Assembly (NCBI RefSeq): GCF_006345805.1
Contig: NW_021833837.1
Coordinates: 1-46,385, forward strand
Reading direction: 5' to 3'
Source of the DNA: Octopus sinensis
Taxonomy: Eukaryota
DNA: 46,385 nt
The translations under genes were made by a program, and so were the position numbers. The notes below the pieces were generated by a model that worked only from the letters and a program-made list of their open reading frames with translations, ran no database searches and was not told where the DNA came from. Every line of letters begins with the position of its first letter. Within the stretch, counting starts at the first letter, position 1. Positions 23,753-33,930 of this stretch are shown one piece after another.

Positions 23753-24103
23753 ATAGAATGGTTTTGTAACTGTCAATCTAACATGAACGTGACAGTAGGG
23801 GGTACACCACCGCTGTATAGCCCTAGGAAGCATCGAACGCCTCCTGATTAAGAAATTCAATATTTCTTATATATATATATATTATATATATATTTATATA
23901 TATATATATGTATATGTATATGTATTATATATATGTATATGTATAGGTATATAATGGTTATATATATATATGTATATATATATTATAGATTATATATATG
24001 TATATGATCTATATATATATATATTAATATATATATATATATATATATAATATATATATATATAATATTATATATATATATATTTATAGATATATATATG
24101 TAT

Positions 24104-25376
24104 TGGCAGATGCTCAGGAGCAAAAATCTCTGAAAATCTGCAGAAAACAACTTCCGTCACTTTCCAGGGGAAAAAACTAGAAGTAGTTGATAGCTTCCGT
24201 TACCTAGGTGACCAAGTCAGTAGCGGGGGTGGGTGTGCTGAAAGTGTAACTGCTAGAGTAAGAATAGCTTGGGCAAAGTTTAGGGAGCTCTTACCTCTGC
24301 TGGTGACTAAAGACCTCTCGCTCAGAGTAAAAGGCAGACTGTATGATGTATGTGTACGAACAGCCATGCTACATGGCAGTGAAACATGGGCCGTGACTGC
24401 TGAGGACATGCGTAAGCTCGCGAGGAATGAAGCCAGTATGCTCCGATGGATGTGTAATGTCAGCGTGCATACTCGACAGAGCGTTAGTACCCTGAGAGAA
24501 ATGTTGGACCTAAGAAGCATCAGTTGTGGTGTGCAAGAGAGACGATTGCGCTGGTATGGTCATGTGGCGAGAATGGATGAAGATAGGTGTGTGAAAAAGT
24601 GCCAATCCCTAGCAGTTGAGGGAACCCGTAGAAGAGGTAGACCCAGGAAAACTTGGGACGAGGTGGTGAAGCACAACCTTCGAACCTTAGGTCTCACTGG
24701 GGAAATGACCAGCGACCGAGACCTTTGGAAATATGCTGTGCGTGAGAAGACCAGGCAGGACAAGTGAGTCCAGCCCACTTATGCATGCCTTTCCTCCCTT
24801 TGGACACACAAAGATCTGTTGAGGCAAGCGAAGTCGATATCGAACCTCATCCGACGACAGGCACCCATGCCAACCCCCCTTTCCTTGCGAAGACCTGTTG
24901 GGGCAAGTGAAATCGAAATCGGAATCGAAATTGAACTAATCCTATGACTGGCACCCGGCAGATGCCAGGGCCCTGGGACTGGCGGTATGTAAAAAGCACT
25001 ATCCGAATTGTGGCCGATGCCAGCGCCGCGTCGACTGGCTTCCGTGTCGGTGTCACGTAAAAAGCACCATCCGAATCATAGCCGAAGCCAGTGCCGCCTC
25101 GACTGGCTTCCGTGCCGGTGGCACGTAAAATGCACCAATCCGACCGTGGCCGATGCCAGCCTCGCCTGGCACCAGTGCAGGTGGCATGTAAAAAGCACCC
25201 ACTACATTCACGGAGTGGTTGGCGTTAGGAAGGGCATCCAGCTGTAGAAACATTGCCAGATAAGACCGGAGTCTGGTGCAGACTTCTGGCTTCCCAGATC
25301 CCCGGTCGAACCGTCCAACCCATGCTAGCATGGAGAACGGACGTTAAACGATGATGATGATGATGATGATGATGAT
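24104..25376 (+). mobile_element. 5'-truncated RTE LINE (ORF end 24303-24767, ~600-bp 3' UTR, (GAT)n tail)
   Basis: The 154-aa ORF matches the C-terminus of 17259-18152. The tail is at 25350-25376 and the element sits in (TA)n. Confidence 0.92.
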
Positions 25377-25547
25377 ATATATAAATATTTGAGTAGTTGA
25401 TTGAATTATCTTATTAAGGATAATTCGAAAGATAACCGATACCCGGGTAGGAAATTCGCATCAGAAATAACACGGTTGAAGCTACGTCCCTAGGGTATAG
25501 ACAACGTGCTTTCGTGCGGAAATTTGTATGTTTATTTTAAAAATATA

Positions 25548-26220
25548 TAAGTATATGAAAGAATGGAGTTGAACGACTGGTTAACAAGTATCCTTTATTC
25601 TCGACATATGTTTCGAAGGCTGCAAATTCCTAATTCCGAAGGAATAAGGAGTACATTTTGCAGATTTCGCCCGACTCGCCCGACTCTCCCTCCCTTTCTC
25701 TATATACTTTCATTCACCTACAGTAAACATAATCGAACACACAGACACAGACCTCTCACCTAGCAGCAGTCAGTATTTCTGACATCTGCCCATCCACAGA
25801 CACATTCACGCATTCATACACACACATACACACATTAAGGCAGTTATACTCAGTCACACACACAGGCACTCATTCTTCTGACCTGCACCCTCTCACCTTA
25901 ATATTCTTATGCCTCCCTCCTCCTACTTCGTTTGAACCCTTGAACCTTTAGATCCTTCCAGATTCTTCTACATTCAACCACTCTGACGTCACTCCTTATA
26001 AAGAGACCCTTATTTTTGCCATGGGCTCCTTGAGAGCAGTCAACTAAAAGTTGTTTGTGCATTTTGATGTCGACATAAGTTCCTGGATTTTCCTGATGAG
26101 AAATCTGCAAAATGTACTCCTTATTCCTTCGGAATTAGGAATTTGCAGCCTTCGAAACATATGTCGAGAATAAAGGATACTTGTTAACCAGTCGTTCAAC
26201 TCCATTCTTTCATATACTTA
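25548..26220 (+). mobile_element. Probable Penelope-like-derived element with perfect 121-bp inverted arms and a hammerhead motif
   Basis: 25548-25668 is the reverse complement of 26100-26220. A hammerhead core lies at 26088-26170. The PLE assignment is inferred from the known PLE-hammerhead association; no ORF was found. Confidence 0.6.
26088..26170 (+). ncRNA. Type I hammerhead ribozyme motif (minimal palindromic stem III, long stem II)
   Basis: Stem I TTTTC/GAGAA, core CTGATGA (26093-26099), stem II closed by G26100-C26153 and including CTGCAAA/TTTGCAG, GAAA (26154-26157), stem III ACATATGT, cleavage triplet GTC (26163-26165). Confidence 0.7.
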
Positions 26221-26264
26221 GATATATATATGTACACACATATATATAATATATATATATATAC

Positions 26265-26368
<104 letters not shown>

Positions 26369-26439
26369 GCATATATGCATATATGCATATATATATGTAT
26401 ATATATGCATATATGCATATATATGTATATATATATATA

Positions 26440-26630
26440 TAACAGGAAGCTTTACGAAAATAAACAAAAGATGAAGGCAGGTGGAGTACAAACAAACAAT
26501 TGTATTAGTATGGGGCTCAGGAATAGAAATAAAACAAGTCTTTTACGTTTTGAGCCTACGCTCTTCAACAGAAAGATACACAGAAAAGAAACAAGGAGAG
26601 AAAAAAATGCGTGCAAGAGCTAACGAATCA
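26440..26630 (-). mobile_element. Short repeat with a degenerate hammerhead-like motif (possible PLE terminal repeat)
   Basis: The minus strand reads TCTTT-CTGTTGA-A-GAGC(GTAG)GCTC-AAAAC-GTA-AAAGA. The core deviates at two conserved positions. Confidence 0.3.
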
Positions 26631-26684
<54 letters not shown>

Positions 26685-26712
26685 GTATATATGTATGTGT
26701 ATATATATATAT

Positions 26713-26982
26713 TCTTTTTCGTGACTGCCCAGACCATCAGATGTTACAAATCGCTGGTCACAATGAGTTCGCATTGTTTTAGCTTTCGAATGACGCCACC
26801 CCGCTGGCTAAGCGAGCAGGCCAACAGAAGAAAGAGTGGTGAAAGAGTACAGCAGGTATCACCAACCCCTTCCGGAGCCTCGTGTAACTTTTAGGTGTTT
26901 TCGCTCAATAAACACTCACAACACCCGGTCTAGGAATCGAAACCGCGAGTCCACTGCCCTAACCACTGGGCCATTGCGCCTA
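26713..26982 (-). mobile_element. tRNA-derived SINE, copy 2 of the triplicated block
   Basis: Near-identical to 22566-22829 and 37036-37311, with the same short A-B spacing. Confidence 0.85.
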
Positions 26983-27002
26983 CACACATAATATATATAT
27001 GA

Positions 27003-27033
<31 letters not shown>

Positions 27034-27039
27034 ATATAT

Positions 27040-27130
<91 letters not shown>

Positions 27131-27134
<4 letters not shown>

Positions 27135-27590
27135 GGCTTAGTAAAATAAATTACTTTGCCGCATACTGAACTCATTAGAAATAGCAGCTAAAACAAAAAT
27201 TTTTTAAAACTATTTCCAATACTTGCAGAAATTCTTCGCTTGCATAGTTGAATTTGCTGGCACTGTTAGTTGCGAGATCTTCAGAGGCGATGGGAAGCCG
27301 AAAAGGTATGCTCCTACTTTCAGTGTTTTCAAATCCAAACCAGGGAGTTCTGAGCTGATGATAGAAGTGTCGAGTTTGACTAATCTTGAAACGTATGTTC
27401 TCAAATAACCTTTGCATTTGATTTTTTAATGTTTCTACCCTCATACTTTCGTGAGTTGAATTGAGCAAACACTATATGAGAGAGATTTTCTTTAAGTATT
27501 GGAAATAGTTTTAAAAAAGTTTTTTTTAGCTGCTATTTCTAATGAGTTCAGTATGCGGCAAAGTAATTTATTTTACTAAGCCCTTTTATA
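27131..27590. mobile_element. ~460-bp element with ~95-130-bp inverted arms and a decayed central hammerhead-like motif
   Basis: AAAGGGCTTAGTAAAATAAATTACTTTGCCGCATACTGAACTC... pairs with ...GAGTTCAGTATGCGGCAAAGTAATTTATTTTACTAAGCCCTTT. The centre reads TGAG-CTGATGA...GAAAC GTAT GT T-CTCA (27351-27403). Confidence 0.75.
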
Positions 27591-27684
27591 TAATGTAATA
27601 ATTTGAATTCGCCTTAAATGGTCCCTTTGCATACTGAATACTTGGTGAAATTGATTAATTAATTAATTTTACCCTCAATTGTTG

Positions 27685-27728
<44 letters not shown>

Positions 27729-27982
27729 TGATTGATGATTGATTCTAGTTTCAGCTCACGAGCTGTGGCCATGCTGGGGCACTGCCATTTGGTGTTGCTA
27801 CATGGTTTTACTTCACGAATGCTTTTTAGCAACTGCCATTTGGTGCATGAGAGAGTTCGATGCAGCTGCCCTCATCTGCACCTCCTGCCGTGAAGTTGGT
27901 TCATCTGGGATACCTGACAAGAAGAGATCCAGTTTCATTTTAAAGACATCTGCATCCACCCCATGCAGGTCTCTTAGGTTCT

Positions 27983-30913
27983 TCAGGAGGATATTGAAGA
28001 GCTGTGGGCCTCGAAGCCCAGGCTATCACAGTATCTTGTCCTACATCTTGATGGCAAGTTTGGAGTCCTAGGCACCACGCAGTGGCGCCCAGTTCTGGTA
28101 TTTGTGTAACTCTCGATGCCAAAGTTTGGGACAAGTCCCTCCAGGATCTTCCAGATGTATATTATGGCACATCTTTCTCGCCTACGCTCCAAGGAATAGA
28201 GTTTTAATCTCTTGAGTCTTTCCCAGTAGCTTATATTCTGTACAGAGGCTATCTTCTTCGTGTAGCTACGTTGGATCGCCTCAAGTTCTGTGATCAACTT
28301 GACACTAGATGGTGACCATAGCTGAGAGCAATAGTCAAAGTTGCTTAGGACAAGTGTCCTCCAGAGGACCATCATGGTTTCTTGTTCTCTTGTTCTAAAG
28401 GTTCTTAGAATCCATCCGGCCAGTCGTCTACATTTCATTGCCAATTTAACAACATGTACATGAAAGGTTGCGTCATCACTCATGTAAATACCCAGGTCAC
28501 GCACTGATTGTGCCTCTGGGATTGCAAATCCTCCGAGTCCAGTGTATTCATTGGGTATTGCATTTAGTTTTGCATGCTGATAGTATAAAGCTTGAAACTT
28601 TTCAGCATTGAACTGCATGCTATTCTTTTCAGCCCACTTGTATATTTTGTCCAGCTCACATTGCAGGCGTTTAGTGTCCTCAGGGTTCTGTATTGCCTGT
28701 GAAACTTTTGTATCATCTGCATAACTTGTGATCGTGGCTCTCTGCGTGGCTGAGGGCATGTCTGAGAGGGCCATTATGAACAGTAGTGGTCCCAAAACAG
28801 TGCCCTGCGGAACACCGCTCACTATTTGCGTGTTAATGGAAGTGGCCCCATTGGCTACTACCACCTGACTTCTATCTTTCAGAAAGTCATGAAGCCATTC
28901 TCCCAGTTTTCCAACTATGCTAAGATCACACAGTTTGTGACATATCATTCCATGATCGACTTTATCAAAGGCCTTTGCAAAGTCGATATATATCACTTCC
29001 ACATTTGAGTGGTTGAGCAGTCGTTTCAGCACCCAGTCATAGTGTTGTAGGAGCTGAGTTAAGCAGCTTCTTCCTGGTCGGAAACCATGTTGGGTGTCAG
29101 GCAGCAAGTCATTTTCTTCAAGGAAGGTGATCAGTTTCCTTCTGACTATTCGTTCCATGACCTTGCTGATGTGTGAGGTCAGAGAGATAGGTCTGTAGTT
29201 CTTGGCCTCCACTCTGCTACCTCCTTTATGAATAGGGCATATTTTACCTTCCTTCAGTTTTCTTGGAAGTTTGCCAGCTGCAAGGAAGCTCTGAAAGAGG
29301 AACTGCAGTGGTCTTGCTAGGACTCTCTTACATACTTTTAGGAGGATTGCCGGGAATCCATCGGGGCCAGTGGCTGAGTCTGTTTTCATTTCATCTATAG
29401 CCTTTATTACATCGTCTTCCTTTATATCGATGTAATCTATCGTCGCCGCCTCTGATTTTATATCTGCAGTGGTAAAGAAGTCAGTTGGATTGGTGATTTG
29501 GAAATGCCCAAGGGGTGGAGTGAAAACACTCTTGAATTGCTCATTCAGTATTTCACTTACCCTCATTGGTTTTCCTGTGAGTGTGCCATCCTTTTCAAGG
29601 AGTGGCCCTATCCTACAGTGCACCGTAGCTGTTTCTTTGGCATACCTGTAGAAAGCTCTGGGGTTAGATTTTATGTTGTCTATAGCCCAGGCTTCTTTGT
29701 CTGCTCTTTCCTTTTCATGGGAGAGTTGCAGACATTTTTCAATTTCCAACAGTTTTATTTTCAGGCGGGACTTTTCACTGCTTTCAATTTGTTTGTTTAG
29801 GCGATTTGAAATTTTTGTACGCCGTCTCATTAAAATTTTCCTCTCTCTGGGGATTTTGTTCTTGTGTACTGTGGCCTTTCTCTCTGGGACACATTTGTAG
29901 CATATGGCTTGCATTACAGACATGAATTGTTGAAGTTTCACGTCGATGTCTGGCGAGGGGAGACATTCAGGCCAGTTTTGTTTTAGGATCTCTTTCTCAA
30001 TTTGTTTCCAGTTTGCCTTATGGAAGTTCAAGCTGGAAAGATTCTGAGGGTTTCTTGTAGGCTGCATGTCCATGCTTTCCTTTGGCCCGTACATGGTCAG
30101 CTCTACCATGTTGTGATCCGAGAGTAGTGTCGGTGTCACTTTCACATTATGGATGAGATCCATATTATTTGTGAAGCAGAGATCCAGTGTGTTACCTGCC
30201 CTGGTTGGTTGGAGTATTACTTGCTCCATGTACAGGGTGTTGATGAGATTCAGGAGGGACCTCGCCTGTCCTCGTTCACATCTTGTCATTCCTGGGAGAG
30301 AAAGGCCCTCGGGCCATCTGACATTGGGTAGATTGAAGTCTCCCATAAGAAGTACACTTATGTATTGTTCTAATGTGATTAGAACTTCTATTTTTATAAG
30401 GCAGTCTTCAAACTTGCCTACATGGCTTGGGGCATCTGGAGGGCGATATGTAGCACACACAACTACATCAAGTTGCCTTATATGTACAGTTAGTGTGTCA
30501 CACACCGAGTTTGAGTATGACAAAAGGACCTGGGGTGTGAGGTCCTCACGGATGTACATAGCAACTCCTCCATGACTCCTTTCTTTTCTGTCGGTCCGTA
30601 GTACAACATACTGTGGTATGTGTAATTCCGCATCTGCTATGTCCGGTTTCAGGTGCATTTCCGTAAGTGCTATGCATAAGGCTTGATTGCATGCAACAAA
30701 GTCTCTCAAGAACGGGATTTTTGTCCTGTTACTGAGTGTTTGCAGTCCTCTGATGTTCAGTAGGAGCATCGAGGTGAGGTATATGCTGTTGCCGGCTGTG
30801 TCCACCTTGGGTCTATTTGCTGTGGTGGTCTTGTTTATTGGGGGTAGTCCCATCTGCGAGCTTGGGTTTGATGAAGCCAGGTTAGCTGCTGTACAATCTT
30901 TTGTGCCATGCAC
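27983..30913 (-). CDS. LINE ORF2: AP endonuclease + reverse transcriptase (976 aa, frameshifted ~65 codons before the native stop at 27813-27815)
   Basis: APE motifs LNIRGL, ALTEMHL, YRPP, GDFN, LDL, SDH. RT motifs GPDG, NYRPISLTS, QHGFRPGRS, DFAKAFDKV, GVPQGTVLGP, YADD (28712-28723). There is a 1-nt deletion near 28010 relative to the 38979-39608 copy. Confidence 0.95.
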   Translation of the reverse strand: MHGTKDCTAANLASSNPSSQMGLPPINKTTTANRPKVDTAGNSIYLTSMLLLNIRGLQTLSNRTKIPFLRDFVACNQALCIALTEMHLKPDIADAELHIPQYVVLRTDRKERSHGGVAMYIREDLTPQVLLSYSNSVCDTLTVHIRQLDVVVCATYRPPDAPSHVGKFEDCLIKIEVLITLEQYISVLLMGDFNLPNVRWPEGLSLPGMTRCERGQARSLLNLINTLYMEQVILQPTRAGNTLDLCFTNNMDLIHNVKVTPTLLSDHNMVELTMYGPKESMDMQPTRNPQNLSSLNFHKANWKQIEKEILKQNWPECLPSPDIDVKLQQFMSVMQAICYKCVPERKATVHKNKIPRERKILMRRRTKISNRLNKQIESSEKSRLKIKLLEIEKCLQLSHEKERADKEAWAIDNIKSNPRAFYRYAKETATVHCRIGPLLEKDGTLTGKPMRVSEILNEQFKSVFTPPLGHFQITNPTDFFTTADIKSEAATIDYIDIKEDDVIKAIDEMKTDSATGPDGFPAILLKVCKRVLARPLQFLFQSFLAAGKLPRKLKEGKICPIHKGGSRVEAKNYRPISLTSHISKVMERIVRRKLITFLEENDLLPDTQHGFRPGRSCLTQLLQHYDWVLKRLLNHSNVEVIYIDFAKAFDKVDHGMICHKLCDLSIVGKLGEWLHDFLKDRSQVVVANGATSINTQIVSGVPQGTVLGPLLFIMALSDMPSATQRATITSYADDTKVSQAIQNPEDTKRLQCELDKIYKWAEKNSMQFNAEKFQALYYQHAKLNAIPNEYTGLGGFAIPEAQSVRDLGIYMSDDATFHVHVVKLAMKCRRLAGWILRTFRTREQETMMVLWRTLVLSNFDYCSQLWSPSSVKLITELEAIQRSYTKKIASVQNISYWERLKRLKLYSLERRRERCAIIYIWKILEGLVPNFGIESYTNTRTGRHCVVPRTPNLPSRCRTRYCDSLGFEAHSSSISS

Positions 30914-31404
30914 AAAAATGATTCTTGTTCAGCAGCTGCCCTTTCAACAACATCATGTTGGCTGTTTGTGGCACGCACCACATCTGCGTACCTCCGTTTT
31001 GGGGCAGGTGGTGCGTGGTCCTTCCCTTTTCCTTTTGTTAGTTTCTTTCTGATCTGTTTCGTGTCTCTGCGGCAGGGTCCCCGATGTGCAAAACGGCAGC
31101 CTGCACCTTCCTCTCCATGCCAGCAGGTACCTCTCAGGTAGAACCTACACACCCGTGTGCGCTGTTTGTTTCCATCCTTTTTGGTATATGGATAGTCAGG
31201 TTTGCTTCTATCCTTGGCTGTTTCATTTTTTGGTTTTGTTTGAGTTTTAGTTTTAGTTTTTCCTCCTTTTATTTCTTCTTTGGGTTCTTCATCTCCATGG
31301 CTTTTGGTGCTGGTAGGGGTACTTGCACTTGGGTTTACTTCCCGGGCAGGTTTCTCACTCGAAACCTCTTCCCCCGGGTGTCTACTAGGTGGGGGTGAAT
31401 TCTT
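30835..31404 (-). CDS. LINE ORF1 remnant with a CCCH zinc finger
   Basis: The frame of the ORF-track 30835-31152 stays open up to ~31404. A K/T/P-rich segment precedes CRFYLRGTCWHGEEGAGCRFAH (C-x7-C-x8-C-x3-H). It overlaps the ORF2 start. Confidence 0.7.
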   Translation of the reverse strand, partial: KNSPPPSRHPGEEVSSEKPAREVNPSASTPTSTKSHGDEEPKEEIKGGKTKTKTQTKPKNETAKDRSKPDYPYTKKDGNKQRTRVCRFYLRGTCWHGEEGAGCRFAHRGPCRRDTKQIRKKLTKGKGKDHAPPAPKRRYADVVRATNSQHDVVERAAAEQESFLCMAQKIVQQLTWLHQTQARRWDYPQ

Positions 31405-31415
31405 TCATATATATA

Positions 31416-31503
<88 letters not shown>

Positions 31504-31621
31504 TATGTATATATATATATTATATATACATACATACAAAGAGAGAGAGTGAGAGAGAAAGAGAGAGAGAGATGGGGAATGGGAGGGAGAGAGAAGGAGA
31601 TAATGCTAAAGTGTTTGTGTA

Positions 31622-31854
31622 CAGGTTGTTACGACATTAAGGCTACCAATTTTTGGACTTTAATAACAATCAATAGAGGCGATAAGATATGAAAATTATA
31701 CATCATTGTAAAAGCTGAGTGTGTCTTGTGTTTGCTTCAGACCAAATAAATTCACATTTATAGATTAGATAATGGCTACAGACCGAAATACAACCATAAT
31801 ACTCCACAAGGAGGAGAAAGTAATACAACTATAGCAAAGAAATGCTTAAAAGTA
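31622..31854 (+). mobile_element. 5' end of the maT-like transposon, duplicated copy 2
   Basis: TA|CAGGTTGTTACGACATTAAGG. Aligns with 23158-23383 and 37413-37645. Confidence 0.65.
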
Positions 31855-32057
31855 TGTTTAAAATACAGTGTGCATTTAAACACAAAAAGAGGTGTCCAGC
31901 ATAAGACTACCTTACGCTAGAAGGAACAGCTAAAGTCCAAACCACTAATTGGGGATAAAGTCTCGAAGGGAATGAAAAATAAAAACATTTACCATCTATT
32001 TCCTGGACCGGTATTATTAATTATGTTTGTATATATATATATATATATATATATATA

Positions 32058-33177
32058 CTAGCTGAAGGTGACCCGCTCTTCGCGCGGGTAAGAATGTGGT
32101 TGTTACTTTCTGTTGCTTCCTTTCAGCACGTAAAATGCACCATCCAAACGTGGCCGATTGCAGCGCCGCCTTGACTGGCTTCTGTGCCAGTGGCACGTAA
32201 AAAGCACCAACCGATCGTTGCCGCTGCGAGCCCTCCTAGCACCTGTCTCGGAAGCACGAAAAAAGCACCCACTACACTCACAGAGTGGTTGGCGTTAGGA
32301 AGGGCATCCAGCTGTAGAAACACTGCCAGATCAGACTGGAGCCTGGTGCAGCTTCCTGGCTTCCCAAACCCCGGTCAAACTGTCCAACCCGTGCTAGTAC
32401 GGAAAACAGACGTTAAACGATGATGATGATGATGATGATGATTCTCCCTCTTTGTTTCTCTCTCTTTTCTCTCTCACTTTCCCCACTCTCTTACTTTTCT
32501 TTTCTCTCGGACTCTCCCTCGCTTTCTCTTACTCTCTATCTTTATCTATCTCTCTCCCATTTATAAACAACAAAAGATCTTGAGTAAGTTGAGAAATAAA
32601 ATATTTAGAAGAAAGATCAATCATAAATATCAGGCAGTGGCAACGAAAAGGTCTGCTTCAAGGCAGACAGCCAAACGCTGACATTTAAAAGGCATAGACG
32701 TACTTGCGAACTGAATAAAAATAATAAAATATTGGAAACCAAAGTTTGGAGGGATAGAATGTGAGGATAGTAGAGTCACCATGGCTGGCATTTCTTAACG
32801 ACGGACAGCAACGTATTGACAGTTTAACGGCTGGACGTTAAATTTTGAACTTGATGTAAAAGAAAATTCGTAAACACCAAGTTTTGAATTGATTCGTTCT
32901 CACGACAGTAGACTCACAATGGTAAGCATTCAAAACTTCTTCATCATGGACGGCAACACATTGACGATTAAAAGGCTGGCGCAAATTTTTTAGCTTGATG
33001 TAATAGAGAATTCCTAAACACCCGCTCCTTTAAACTTTAATCCCCTTCCAGCCCCATTCAGTCCCCTTTTCACATTTTGGTTAATATAACCCGATTTCAT
33101 TCGGGTGTACTGGGGTCACATTTTATAAGATGAGGAATTTTGTCCTCGAGGTCACGCCTTTCATTTGAGGGAAAAAA

Positions 33178-33225
<48 letters not shown>

Positions 33226-33930
33226 ACGCATTATATATACAAATGTATACAAATTTTATATATATATATGTATGAATTAAATTAGAGATAAAACCACTAA
33301 TAGGCAAATCAAACAGTGAAAAACCAAAAACAAAAACATAAAAATAAAAATATAATATAGAAAATATATAAAATTGAAAAATTTAAATTATTTAAATTTA
33401 AAATAACAATTATTAAATTATATTTATAATTTGTTTTAAAATATATATAACTCTCAATACATAAATACAGATATATACACTTTGTATATATACATTATAT
33501 ATACATATTTATATATAGAACACACACACACATATATAAATGAACGCAAGAAATATCTGATCCATAATATTTGTTCTCATGATTGTGTGTTTTTCGTGGC
33601 GATGATAATTCTCTCTATGAATGCAGACAGATACATAAGAGAACGCCGTTTGACGAACTTATAAAGGGAAACTGAAGGGGAGTTAGAGGGGAATGGAGGA
33701 AATAGCGTGAGTGAGGAAGACAGATACGTAAAAGAACGGGTGTGGACTAGCAAAGTGGGCTTTTGGCCCTGGCAACGACACCTTTTAAGATATGGATTTC
33801 TAATGTAGCCCACGGGCATCGTCACCCCATTTTACATGTCCCTGTAAATTTTGGAGTTAATCGGACGGGATGTAGTGGCCTTGAAAGCGATCCAAGCGGT
33901 CGAAACATATTTCAGTTTTATATAGAGAGA
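32058..33930 (-). mobile_element. Non-autonomous Helitron, unit 1 (1873 bp), carrying an RTE 3' UTR fragment
   Basis: On the minus strand it starts TCTCTCTATATAAAAC (33930) and ends with hairpin ACCCGCGCGAAGAGCGGGT followed by CTAG|T (32058-32061). Confidence 0.75.

Larger units (their letters stand above)
27726..31404 (-). mobile_element. Young CR1-group (CR1/L2-like) LINE, 5'-truncated within ORF1
   Basis: Contains a partial ORF1, an APE+RT ORF2, a 3' UTR ending GAGCTGAAACTAG and an (AATC)n-type tail at 27726-27744. Flanked by (TA)n. Confidence 0.95.
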
